A stretch of 64,000 bases of DNA from Raillietiella orientalis (Eukaryota): contig JAYWIR010000005.1 of assembly GCA_036172245.1 (NCBI GenBank), forward strand, positions 4,588,001 to 4,652,000, written 5' to 3'. Position numbers and translations under genes: made by a program. Below are positions 50,860 to 62,220 of the stretch, piece by piece; position 1 is the first letter of the stretch, and each line of letters begins with the position of its first letter. The notes beneath the pieces are model-generated. The model was not told the origin of the DNA. It made no database searches and saw only the letters and a program-made list of their open reading frames with translations.

Positions 50860-51180
50860 GGTAAAAGCACAGTCACAATACCCTCAGGCATTACAGCATG
50901 CATAGCATGTGTTATGATTGCATTATCGGCATCGCCGTATTACAGTGTACGTGTATCGTTACATCGTTACATACAGTATCGTTTCATCGTATGCCGTAGG
51001 AAAGATGCAGTATCATACAACATTGAGATCACTGTACCTATCATTACATATCGCACCTTATCATAGCATAGTATAGATACATCGTAAAGAAGACACATAA
51101 TAGAGTATGCGTGTCATGTCATACAGTACAGGCAGCCCATCACAGAGTATACATGACAACACGTATACTGCAGTACTCTT
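50860..51180. repeat. Degenerate short-period (about 5 bp) simple repeat
   Basis: Recurrent CATAG/CATCG/TACAG/TATCG words. Confidence 0.55.
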
Positions 51181-51349
51181 GGGGCATCTGAGAAAGCGGG
51201 AAGTGGACTCTCAGGAGATAGTGGATTTGCCCCTCGAGTGGTTGCCGCCGCCGATCAGCAGGTGCTACAAATAAACTCAGCTGTGTACGTGGATTACGAT
51301 GTAGTTGTTGGGACATGACGATGCATTCCTTATTATTAGTAGGCGAAAT

Positions 51350-51880
51350 GGGAGAGTCGTTTAATTGGGATTGTTCGGGAAGGGATCACTGTCTGCTTAG
51401 GGGAGTCCTCTGCATCCTTCCAAGGATGTCGGCAAGCTCAGACTGCATGCTTCCCAGATGGGGCTATCTCGATGCTACCCTGAAGAAGCGAGCCGCAAAA
51501 CGGATAGCATCATCGCCTCTCTCGACTTCGCTCCAGGCAGCGACGATCCCGCGAGGCAGTAGAGAGCTGCTAGGGATGCGGCTGGCGGTAACGCATCTCG
51601 TACAAGGAGGCTTCTCAGGACGTCTCCGAGGTTGCCGTCGGGGATCTCTAGGGTCGCGGCAAAGCGTTCCTACGAGGACCGGAGGGTAACGTAATCCACA
51701 AGTAGGTGGGGGAGGGATTCTCGTTCTCCGCACCTGCCACGGTTCGGGCCAGCACACCCCCGTGTTCAGTGATGCTGGCGGGCGTTGCACGAGAGACCCC
51801 AGCGCAGCAGCATCAGTGCCGACTCCTGCCACTTTGAGGGTAGGTCTGTCTGTCCAGAAGCACTGGGGGCCACTGCAAGT
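51350..51880 (-). mobile_element. L1 3' end (same family as 8286-9112)
   Basis: PQCFWTDRPTL/KWQESAL and a degenerate zinc finger. Nucleotide homology to 8540-9020. Confidence 0.75.
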
Positions 51881-51899
51881 CTTGTGAACTTGTGGACTT

Positions 51900-52442
51900 G
51901 GACTTGTGCATTGTGATGCCCTCCGGCATCTCTGGAAACGCTTTGCCGCGACCCTAGGAACTCCCAGCGGCAACTCCAGGGACGCTCAGAAACACCTCGT
52001 TCGCGACGCACTTCGGCTCGCAGCCTCCCTAGCAGCTCTCTGCTGCCTACGCGGGGTCGTCGCTGCCTGGAGCGACGCAAGAGGAGGACATAGAGACAGG
52101 GGTGCCGTGTCCACTTCGCTGTCCGCTTCATGAGGATGGCGACGAGATGGCCCCGCCTGAATCACTGTATGCAGCAAGAGCTTGCCGGCATCCTACAGAG
52201 AATGCAGAGGACTGCCCCCAGAAGAACGTGATCTCATCCCCCACCCACCACTAAATTTATTTATTTATTCTTTTTCCTTGCTCCCCTCCCCTTTGCTACC
52301 GTGGCAGACCTCATCAGTCTGCGTACTGGTAACCCGGCAGGTTCCCGTCAAATGGCAAGTCGTTGGACCACCAGTCCAATCACAGGGACTAAGATTGTTT
52401 ATTTTTTCTATACGAAATAAACCCTCGGGCGCACCTGGATGG
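51900..52442 (+). mobile_element. L1 3' end (same family)
   Basis: LVRDALRLAASLAALCCLRGVVAAWSDARGG matches FVRDAALPPVASLAVLCCLRGITTAWNARRRG. Terminal AATAAACCCTCGGGCGCACCTGGATG at 52416-52441. Confidence 0.8.
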
Positions 52443-52539
52443 CAATCGTCCCCCTCCCCCTCGTGAGATGTTCCGCGCCTCTTCTACCTCCGAGATCACG
52501 GCTCTTCACGGAGTCGTCCGTGAAACGCCCTCATCTTGT

Positions 52540-53100
52540 CAAGTCGCGCCACTTCTGAAGTGACTGACGCGCCCCCAAACCGTCGCAAGTACCCCTTCTC
52601 CAATGTCATCAAAGTTCCTTTTTCCTGATGCTCTGCCACCACATCTGACTTTGAAGATCCGAAATGTGGTTAACGAGTTTGCAAAGACATGCTGTTCCTC
52701 GGTGCCCAAAAGCCCGTTGCTAGGATCTGATTCCAAGGAAAGAGCTTTGCTCCATACGCGCCACAATAGACTGGTGCAGGAAGTTAGGGCGGAATCTTCG
52801 TCCACCGGCTCCGAAGGGCTGCTCGCAGTGTCCCGCCACGGAGCCAACCATGGGCCTGCACCGCGAAAGTCCAAACCTCGGTGAGCTGGGTAGCAAAACG
52901 GGATTTTTGACCGGCCATGCCAGGAGGGCCGCGTAGACGAAGGCACGCAGCACCGAACCATCCACTTGGACTTGACCGCAGCATGCGTAGCCCAGCACCA
53001 GGATCGGCTGATAACTCGCTTCACCGCCCCGGGAAGGAAGGCTAGAGGTTCCCCGGAAAACTTGGCAGCCCCGCGGCCGGAGATGCCGAACATGATTCCT
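52540..53100 (-). mobile_element. Decayed L1 ORF1
   Basis: ORF 52539-53093: LDFRGAGPWLAPW...LWRVWSKALSL...VFANSL. Confidence 0.5.
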
Positions 53101-53599
53101 AGACGCTGGAGAAGATCTCCCTGAGGACTCTCTTCCGGAGGCTGTCCCTAAGGATTGGGAATTCACTGTTGCTTTCCAAGGATGCATCTTCAGCTGAGGG
53201 CAGCCCATCAGCTGAAGATGTGGAAAACGGATCCCAGTCTGCCCCTATGGCTGCTGACAGCTAGCACGTCACAGTTCCTATCTCTGGAACATCTCAGTGG
53301 GAACCACAGACCACCTCCAGACCCGGATTGATTCAAAATGCCGAACGATTGAAATCTCGAAAGATCATAAGAGGTGAGCACATGTGCTTATTGTACAAAG
53401 ATTAGTGTACAAGTTTATCTGAATTTACATGGTTATTTCTATTTATTGACATTCATATCATTAATAAACACACGTGTTTACTTCTTATGACCCCATCCCC
53501 AGCACGGCATTTCATAGCAAACTCGCGGCCATTCTGCATGGGGAACTTGTGTCCGGTGATCTTTCAGGATTTTGATCGGCACCACTGGATCTCCAAACT

Positions 53600-54480
53600 G
53601 CGCATTTTGACAATGGGGTCCGTGGACACACATGGATCCTTTTAGGAGGAAGAGCCCAGTCCCAGAACATCCTCTGGAGAAACCTCGAGATTCCTGTGGT
53701 GCTTTTGGACACCTTCGCGCTTCTCCTGAAGCGGCAGGGCCCGGCGTTGCGACTGTTGCATTGGGCTGTCCCGTGGCAATGCACGCCGGCATCACTGGGC
53801 GACGGGGGATGCGTCCCCAGACGGTGCCTTGGCGCCCTTCCCGCACCTGTCATCCGAGTGTGTTGCTCTCCGAAGAGCGTGGGAGAGTCTCTTGCTATGG
53901 CCCTGCAAACCCCCAGGGACAACCCGGCAGATGTGATGAGGCTCCTCTTCGCGCTTTGCGCAGTGTCGCCTGCAGCGGCGATCGCAGCTTCGTGCTACTG
54001 CCGCCGCCACGGAGCCGCCGTGTGGCGGCAAGAAGCTACGCCGAAAGGGCTCAGGCAAACAGGGATGCCATCTCCGTCGTGTTCTCCCTCCTGAGGATCA
54101 CTACAAGGTGGCCGCGCCTCACACTTCACAAGGAGGAACGCGCCTGCGTCCTGAACTGGATGCTGAGGAACGCCAGGGAACTTTTTGTGGTCCCTTCCCG
54201 TAACCCCCCAACTCTTTTCTATCCCATTTTTCTTGTTTTTGTTTTATTCTTTTTTTTGTTTACCCGCTACCTCCTTTTTTCCCCTTTAAAGACCTCTCTG
54301 GGCTAGCCGCTGCTCGCGAACGCTAAAACACCTCCGGGACTTCTACCGACGTAGTGGGATCGGCCATCCCACTACGAAGAAATGGCCTTTTTTTGTATAC
54401 TCATATTTTGACAGTTAATTTGTGGATATGTCTTTTTTTTTTTTTACACTAAAGTTCCCGGAGGGTACATTATCCCGGTC
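53600..54480 (+). mobile_element. L1 3' end (same family, diverged)
   Basis: VMRLLFALCAVSPAAAIAASCYCRRHGAAVW matches the family C-terminus, followed by a T-rich UTR. Confidence 0.65.
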
Positions 54481-54599
54481 TCCAGACCCTTCATCATTCA
54501 TTTATTATCCCATTTATTTAAAATAAATAAATTAAATTACACAGCTAGAAACAGAGAAGGGCCGACATGGATCGCACTGAACCCAAAGGGACTTCCCTC

Positions 54600-55850
54600 G
54601 CAAAAGACAGAACTAAGGTGAAGTGGAGGGAGAGGAGGGGATAGGGCACTGAATGAATAAATAAATAAAGAATGGGATGAACCGGTCTCATGGTATCTCG
54701 CTGGGTGGCCGAGGACCTGCGTCGGACAGGGAAGGGAAGCAAGAAGGGGAACTCTCTCATCGGTTTGGGGTCAGTCTGCCGACATGCGTTCGAATGTCCC
54801 TTGCACCTCGCATCTCAGATTGGACCACTACATCTCTTTTGCATGCAGGAAGCGATGACAAAACGACTCTCTGGGATGTCGGCCGCATCTTCCCTCCAGT
54901 TTGGCTGTGGCCGCTGCTCGCACGCAGCAGAGTGTTGTCAGCGACGAGGCGAGAGGCAATCCTGGAGACGTGGACGATATCTTACTAAAGAGGTCTTCTG
55001 AAGCGGCGTCACGGGATTAGAATACCCCAGAAATGTATTTCCATCCCTGATGTCTCCTTTTTCCTCCCCCCATTCCCGACGTGACCGGACGAAAGCCCCA
55101 CAAGATCCACTGTCCCTCGGTGAGAGCAAACCATGCACTCGCCTCGCAGCGCACTAACCCGTCCTGCCGCAAAAGCAAGAAAGCCACCGAGGGGAGGCCC
55201 AGTAGCTTTCTTGTCACCTGGAAAGAGCCACGAAGCCCAGGTGCTGCTCGGCGAAAACCTGCAGAGCTGCAACGCTGCGGACAGCACCTCCAGTTCTCTT
55301 GGCTTCGCTCTGCAGGGCCAGAAGTCATGCTGAGGGACTCCCCGTCGCCTTTGTATCCGCAAATGATTGCAGTGAGCACGCCCTAGCAACAAGCTGCACA
55401 CTTGGGGTGGAGGTCCCCGAGGTCTTTCGGCGCTGCAGACTCTCGGAAAATATGTCGCGCCAACTGGAAACCAGCTGGAAAACATTGCACAAGAGCCCGG
55501 ACGGCACCTCTAGCTGCCGACGATGGCGCCTCTTGTCTTTGGCGGAGACGTCCTCCTTCTCGACGTGGGTCGTCCATTTCTGCATGTGAGACCCTTGTGA
55601 TGGTCCAAAGAGAAGACGGGAGCAGGAATCTGATGCGAAAGCCTGTCATCGTCCCCGACGCCTGTAAGGACGACGCTCCCGTTCCATCTGCGATCCCCGA
55701 ATGGGAGAGTGAATGCTTCCCGATTGTGCGGACAACCAAGTGACCATCGCCTCCCTCCTGTTCCCACTTTCCTGTCCCCCCTTGGCAGTTTGCGTTCGGG
55801 ATTACCCGTTCTAAATGTTCGCCCCGTATCGTGCTCCCCATTTATTTGCT
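54600..55850 (-). mobile_element. Decayed L1 3' half
   Basis: AAPKDLGDL (PKxxGGLG-like, ~55437-55410). 3' UTR resembles 28270-28350. Confidence 0.5.
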
Positions 55851-55989
55851 TCTTTATTCGCCACCTCCCCTTGTCCTTCCCACCCACAGAGCCACATGCG
55901 AAGTCCCCTGCAAATTTTAAGGATGCTTAAGGGATAAATGGCCTGGGCACCTAACCTGGATGAAACCGGTCTCGGCTTACTGGTCTTGT

Positions 55990-57130
55990 ACAACCGGAGC
56001 AGCATCTGCAACAGTTTCGTGCTTGAATTCCAGGAGCTGTGGCGGCGCGCCTACGCCAGCTCCGGCTTCGGCCATTCACCTGCTTTAGTCACGACAGGGG
56101 TTTATTTGACGACTGGGTTCAATGAAGCCAGGATCATGGGTGGTGTTACGGTGTATATCAGGGTAACGACATTGGGTACGTGAGATTCATGTGGTTCGTG
56201 GAAGCTGATGTGAAAAAGGTGACCGAGCACTGCGTCGGAGTAGGTGGGGATGGTGCTTATGGAGCTAAGGCTGGGAATCGAGGTAGTGTTCGTTTGCCAT
56301 CGTTTCGTGATTCGCACCGCGTTAGAGTCGTTGGTGTGCTCTGTGTGTGCTCGATACTTACGAGTACAGTTGAAGGCGGGATTTGAGTGGTGTGTGAGGG
56401 ATGGCAGCCATGCACTGAGGATGATTTATAATCTTGGGTTCCTCTGTTCTCTCCGCTTTCCTTCCAGCTTTCTTTTTTTCTTTTGGTTCGCCAAGTGCTG
56501 AAGAACCGTTCGTCTATGGATTCACGAAGCTCTTCAATACTGTGCCACGCCACCCAAGGGTGCATGTAGTAAATCTTCAGGATAGAGGATAGCCAAGGAG
56601 GGGACCAGCCAGGAAGGCTCCAGAAAAGGAGTCCGTTCCTCTTACGCTTAGTAGGGAACCCTCGCTCTGGTTGTCTCCAGAGGGAACACCGGAGGAAAAC
56701 TCTTCCTTATTCTCTCTGGAGGAATCCTCCGATTTGTGAGGGGTCACTACTCATTTTTTCTCCGATGGGAACTTGCAAGGGAACCATTCCTTGATTCCTC
56801 CAAGGACCCTGGAGGGTCGACTTCCAATCCCGGACAGTCGGGGGGGTACCCGGCTTCCACTAGTGCCGCACCCGAAGACAGACCGACTAGCGTCATCCTG
56901 AGGGAGGAGAAGGCGGGGATTCGAACCCGCAACGCTTGATGCCACGCGGCGGCGAACGTGGACGTGTCTTGGTGTGGTGGGTGGTGGGACTTCCTTTTTT
57001 AAGAGGAAGAAGAATTACTCGGTCGAGTGAGTAGTGCGAGGTGGTGGTAATGATTTGGAATAGGGTTTCGAGTCGTTGCTGCGTATCGAATGTAGAGGTG
57101 GCTAGCAATAAAGGATGCGGTTTGCACACT
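55990..57130 (-). mobile_element. Penelope-like RT C-terminal remnant, unit 2, split by SINE copy 7
   Basis: SHYSLDRVILLPL...TTHHTKT (57040-56965), then the SINE, then VHGCHPSHTTQIPPSTVL (~56415-56363) and LFHISFH (~56220-56198). This matches the PLE order FLD...TxxYxKxT...SxHPxH...IP. Confidence 0.6.
56420..56958 (-). mobile_element. tRNA-derived SINE, copy 7 (internally deleted)
   Basis: Single B box GGTTCGAATCC 56917-56927 with the inter-B-box segment missing. Body, A-run and tail present. Confidence 0.85.
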
Positions 57131-57136
57131 GTGCTC

Positions 57137-57165
57137 TTTTGACCCTGCGGACCTCATCAGATTGA
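57137..57165 (-). ncRNA. Candidate degenerate hammerhead ribozyme core
   Basis: Minus strand CTGATGA-ggtcc-gca-gggtc-AAAA: 5 bp stem II with wobbles, and AAAA in place of GAAA. Sits at the end of the pLTR-like block. Stems I and III not resolved. Confidence 0.3.
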
Positions 57166-57710
57166 AACCTTCTGTGTTGATGGCACGAGAATGGCAGCTG
57201 CGACCTCTGTGGACGGAATGCTTCTTCGCGTACCGCGTGCTCTATCAGAGGTGCCACCGGTTGACTACAGAAAGTGCCGATTAAAGTTACTATTGTAATT
57301 GTTTATTTACACCACATTGAATAAAATATTTCCATTTCCCAAGCATATATTATTTATTCATAAATCAGAGTTCCAATAAATCAATGATTCATTCAGATTT
57401 TTAAGCTATCACAAAGATAGAAAAATAAATTCTATCCGACACCGAGAGAAACCGAGAACAGTTAGCCGATATAAACAGAATTTTGTTTACTGTCGTTGCT
57501 AAGGTAACTGTGGGAACGTAAGTGTACGCGTCCATCTCAAAGATGGATAGTGTTGACTTCTGTCGCGTGTACAAGGTAAAAAACGTTTTTGCCAGACGCA
57601 TGGATGAGTCCATGGTCCACGCCGATAATTTGCGCCGCGCCCACATATGCGTCCATAGAGCAAGCTGATAGATTTCTTCGGGTGCATAGATGCGTCCATA
57701 GTACTCAAAG
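57146..57710 (-). repeat. PLE 3' UTR/pLTR-like block between two PLE units
   Basis: Homologous to 49146-49675. Lies directly downstream of PLE unit 1 coding remnant. Confidence 0.65.
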
Positions 57711-57749
57711 AGCGAACTTCTAACTTTTTAATAAGCTGTAGAATTTGTG

Positions 57750-58920
57750 GTAGCTTCGGAGATGGTTCCAAGGAATTACGTAAAGAAGAGCGTGTAGCCA
57801 TTGCAAGAGCAATCGTCAGCTGGATGTTGCTGAAGGCGATGGGATTGGTGACAGTGGACGGTTGAGCCTCAGCTCAACCATCCACTGGGGGTTTTAGCGA
57901 TGAGAGGTTTGGTGGGATGAGAGAGCTGATGGATGTTGGGTGGACTGAACGGGTAGGTGTGCTGGAATGGTTAATGAAGTTGGAAAGGGTTTCTTAACAT
58001 GCCACAAGGGAAATGTGTTGTAGTGTGTGTTTTCTGGGTTGCTATGCTGCGAGTTGGGTCGTAATTCACTGATTTAATTGCTGGATTAGTGAGGGAATTT
58101 TTAGCTTCGAGTTAGTTGATGGATAGTAGAATATTGTGGGATTGGGGGTTTGGTTCCAAATCCCGAATGCCCAAATCTCGAAAGACCATAAAAAACAAAT
58201 ATATATATTATCATTATATATATTAATGTGCATGTATGCATATAATAAATAAATACGTATTAAGTGAATATATAAGTATCGCATTATATATTTACCGAAC
58301 GTCCAAATCCTGAAAATAGAATTCGTCATTTCCTGAGAAAGTTTCATTTGAGTGTTATTAAAAATGATAGAAGGAAGAAATGCAGGATTTCCATTTTCTT
58401 CTTTAAAGCTGTTTATTTCTTCACTTTTCCCCACTATTTTTAATCGTCGCCATTATTTCTATTTTTTTATAATTCGATGTTTATATATCCATTTAAAACA
58501 TATTTATTATATGTATAACAAACGTGTTTAAGTGTATTTATAATCCTTACTATATATACTAATACACATTATGAATTATATTAACAATATGTATGCGTAA
58601 CAATATATTAATAAGTATTCATAAATATGGATGCTGAAATAAATTTGTACATTCATCTTTATATAAATGTACATATTTATTAATATGCATGCATATTTTT
58701 CTTTGTGACCTTTCGAGATTTCGGGATTCGGGTCGGCACCGGCGGGTTCGGGAGGGTGTAGTGGTGACGCAAGACAAATAAGGTTTGGGGGCACTGAAAT
58801 GTATCTTTGCATGGTCCGACTCTCCGGTGCACGGGACCTCCTCGCGAAGATGTTTACCTGGACCAGCTCCCCGGTGGACTCCGGGTCGTGGCGCATGCGT
58901 CACACGGCTTTAACAGAAGC
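57750..58920 (-). mobile_element. Penelope-like RT C-terminal remnant, unit 1, split by a MITE
   Basis: THAP...STGELVQ..IFARRSRAPES (~58905-58820, like SxH...GELxR...FxxRLxARGY), then the MITE, then TIFYYPSTNSKLKIPSLIQQL. C/A-rich sense strand. Confidence 0.5.
58152..58740. mobile_element. AT-rich MITE with ~45 bp imperfect TIRs (Mutator-like)
   Basis: Left end GGTTCCAAATCCCGAATGCCCAAATCTCGAAAGACCATAAA versus right-end reverse complement GGTGCCGACCCGAATCCCGAAATCTCGAAAGGTCACAAA. 9 bp flanks TGGGGGTTT and GGCGGGTTC match 6/9. Confidence 0.7.
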
Positions 58921-59949
58921 TTATCTTCTTAGAATCTTCCTCCGCACTCCAGACGGGTCGAGTTTCTCGGAGTCGCAAAAATGGAGGAAAGTGGATTCAT
59001 CCTCCTCCTCCTCCTCCCCCTTCAAGAAATTTAGAGCATGGGAAAAGAGGTGCTCCCTACTTGCCTGTTCCCAGCAGTGCAAAGATCCCTTTCCTATACG
59101 AGTCTGAGAAGAACGTGAAGCTCAAAACAAGTCCCTGGCTTCGTTACGTGGCGACTGCTTCCCTTGACATTATCTTGTGAAAGAAGGGGTTTAAAGGGTT
59201 CTCTAAATGAAATTTCACTTTTTTTCAATTGGTTCTTCGAGATAAGCTGGAAAGAGCAGAGTAGCGAACGAGTAAAAGTCCCTATCTGCCTCCGTCAACT
59301 TTGCTCGAAAGGCTTCTCGTCTTCGTTTTCGTTTACCATTTTTTTTGCTTTTTTCTTTTTTCTGGCAGGGAAGACATTGCTACCTGAAAATGATTGGTCG
59401 CGCTGCTTGGGTGTCACCTGCTGCCTTTGTCCCAGATCATCTCCTCAGAAATGTGGACAAGAACTCAGTGGTGCCTCTCGGGATCAGCTTCTTGATCCCG
59501 AACGCGATACGAGTCTTTCTCTGAACGTTGTCTATGGATGCTCCTTGCTGAACTCATCACTACAGAGACAGCCTAATTGCAGCAGCGAAGCTCTGAGGAA
59601 CAGACTTGCATCACTGTCCTTAGCAACGTCTCTCAGCGCTCAGCCTCACAGCCAGGCGTGACGACAGGCTTGCTGCACGTTCGGGCGCAGAGCGCCGATG
59701 GCAGCATAATTGGAAATTTTCAGCGCGTGCACCGAGTAATGAAGCTCACGTGACGGCACAGGATGTGACTCATTTCCACCGCTGGGATCGGGGAACCTGC
59801 TTGTCGCCACTCGGGGAAGTGTGATCTACTTTTGTCCACTGTCCGCTGCTGCCCAGCGCGCCATCTTTCCTCACCTGGTTTATCGTTCCTTCGCTCTCGG
59901 ATCCCCTTTGCTTGCATCTCCTCACGTGCTGTTGTGATCTTCAGTTTAC

Positions 59950-60680
59950 CACTCAAGGGTTCTTTCTGAATAGAATGATGCCCAGGATTAGGAAGGCAGA
60001 GGAACTTCCAAATGACTCGCTGCTGTTCCTGTACGAAAACTCTTCAGATTTGCTGCTCTCGGATTCTTTGACAGATGGAAGATTCTGAGCAGTCTGGTCT
60101 GCACTCGGTAGATCACCATGGGAAACGTGAACTCGATTGCATTTGTTTGAAGAACGTCTTAGCAAATACATGACAGGAGATTTAAAATAGAAAAAAGAGA
60201 CACACGGAAAAGCTTTTTTCTCTTTTGGATTTCGCCTTTTCTCGGCACAGCATCTTTGAGGCAGAGATATTGCAGCGCGATGAATCCTGAGGATTACGTC
60301 TTCCGACGGAGAGTGGTGTCTGCTGTTACGATCACGTTTCTTGCACACGAGAGCCATCGTTTCATTATGAATTGTTTTATCAAAAATAAATGCAACATCC
60401 CTAAAATCTTTTTCGGGGAAAGCAGGCTGCTCGGAGCTATGCATCTGCATTCTGGACGCCATGGCGCTTTGCTCTCAGGAAGAAGAATGGAAAACGAGAT
60501 TCGCTTGCAGTGCTCTGCGACCGGCACAGTCCTTTGCGGGAAATGCGGTGTAATTCTTATGGATGATGGCCTTTTCCAGTCCTCGAAGCACGAACATGAA
60601 CGCCAACTGCATCTGAAGACTGAAAGGTCCGTGGTCTGAGATGAATTCCAAGTTCCACTTCATAGTACCAAGTGCCTGTC
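59950..60680 (-). mobile_element. Decayed L1 ORF1
   Basis: QMHSSEQPAF...FRDVAFIFDK...FFYFKSPVMYLL...KC pattern, with DUF4283-like AFMFVL upstream. Confidence 0.4.
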
Positions 60681-60829
60681 ATCTTTCTATCAAAAACGTC
60701 TAAACATCAACGTGACCCGGATTGACTAGGAACCAACCTTTAGTTTAATCGTTAAAAATACTCGTTTCTCCATCCGCCGTTTTGTGCTCCCCTATTCCCT
60801 ATTTTCATCCCATCCCCTATTTTAGATTT

Positions 60830-61618
60830 CTTCATCATGGAAATCCTTTTGAGTTCTATTTCTCTATTTTCCAGTTTACTTTTTTTCTTTTTTTTTTTTG
60901 AGGTTTCTTTTTTTTTTAGTTTCCAAAAAGCTCTGAAGAACCGTTCACCTCCTTAAGGGGCTCACGAAGAAGCCCTTGAACTCTGCTCACGCCACCCGAG
61001 GGTGCGTGTAACTCTTTGGGATAGGAGGTAACCCCGGAGGGACTACCCTATGAATCCAGTAGACTCCGGAGGAAGGAGTCCGTTCCTCTCACGCTTGAGA
61101 GGGGAACCCGGAAGGAAACTCTCACCCCGGTTTCTCCGATAGGAACCCGAAAGGGATCCGCCCCGGAATTTCTTCTCTGGAGGGGACACTCAAGGGAACC
61201 GCTGCTTGTTACTCTTCTGAAAAGAACCCCGAAGGGACGCTTCCAAATTTCTTTGAAGGGTGCTGCTGTAACACTCTGGAGAGTCAACCCCCGATGGGGG
61301 TGTCAACCAACTCCATAGTGCGCGATGGAGTTCCTTCTAATGGAGAGGACGGCTCCATTTTCACAGCCGGAGGGGAACCCCGAAGGACTTCTCGATTCCT
61401 AGAACCCCGGAGGATCAACTCCTAATCCAGGCCAGTCATCGGGGCATCCGGTTTCAGGCAGCTTTCCCTAGTGCCGCGCCCAAATAAGCCAACCAGCGTC
61501 ATCCTGGGCAAGGGACTCGAAACCCACCCATTTCTCGGCGTCGATCCTCCACGTCGTGCCATCCTCCACGCAGCGCGTGGTGCAACTCGCAGAGACTGCA
61601 GCCACGCGACCGCCAACG
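60830..61618 (-). mobile_element. tRNA-derived SINE, copy 8
   Basis: A box-like CGGTCGCGTGG ~61602-61612, second B box GGTTTCGAGTCC ~61513-61524, plus body, T-runs 60880-60917 and tail. Confidence 0.85.
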
Positions 61619-61659
61619 CGCGTCTGAATAAGTTTACCCCATACCACCATTTGTTTTTT

Positions 61660-62150
61660 TTATTCAGGTTTCCATGGGCACATGGAGAGATACTCAAATT
61701 GGCGAAGGAAGGCTTGAGCATTCCAAGGTAACCCAGACCAAACAGGTTCCTCAACAAGACATTCTTCTGCAGGCCAACGTCGCTTTTTCGGAAGGCGTTA
61801 ATTTTGAAATAGATAACGAAGGTGAAAAAGTTATTAGGGTTAATGCTCGGCACAGGGGGCAACACACACGGCCCGCTTTGGCAAATGGAACTTAACGAGA
61901 TCCGCTTCTTCCGGCATCTCGTGGGAGCGGATGATGATGAATCCATTTTGATTGTCTTTGACTTGATCTGGAGCTCGGCACCGATGATTACAGCGAGTAG
62001 GAGACTGAAGGAAGAATTGGCGATTCTTCAATCCCATCTTCATACAGCTGGAGCCTTCGTCCATTCTGGAGCGAATAGCATCCAGCAGTTCGGCATCATT
62101 CGCACGTTATGGAAGTTGCCATCGAATGTGCCAGTCAGGAAGTGAAGCGG
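61660..62150 (+). mobile_element. Possible L1 post-RT fragment
   Basis: PWAHGEILKLAKEGLSIP resembles W...K..GGLGIP. Confidence 0.3.
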
Positions 62151-62220
62151 AAATTCAAAGTGTCTTCGGCCATGTTCGAAAGAGCAGTTCACGAACATTC
62201 CAAACTCTAACGGTGTTTTC

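Noticed and set aside
53378..53480. AT-rich patch with short palindromes as a Helitron end
   Set aside because: No CTRR terminus or GC-rich subterminal hairpin, and no second copy in the window.
57598..57701. CRISPR-like repeat-spacer array
   Set aside because: Only three degenerate 18 bp units, the spacers resemble each other, the context is eukaryotic and there are no cas genes.
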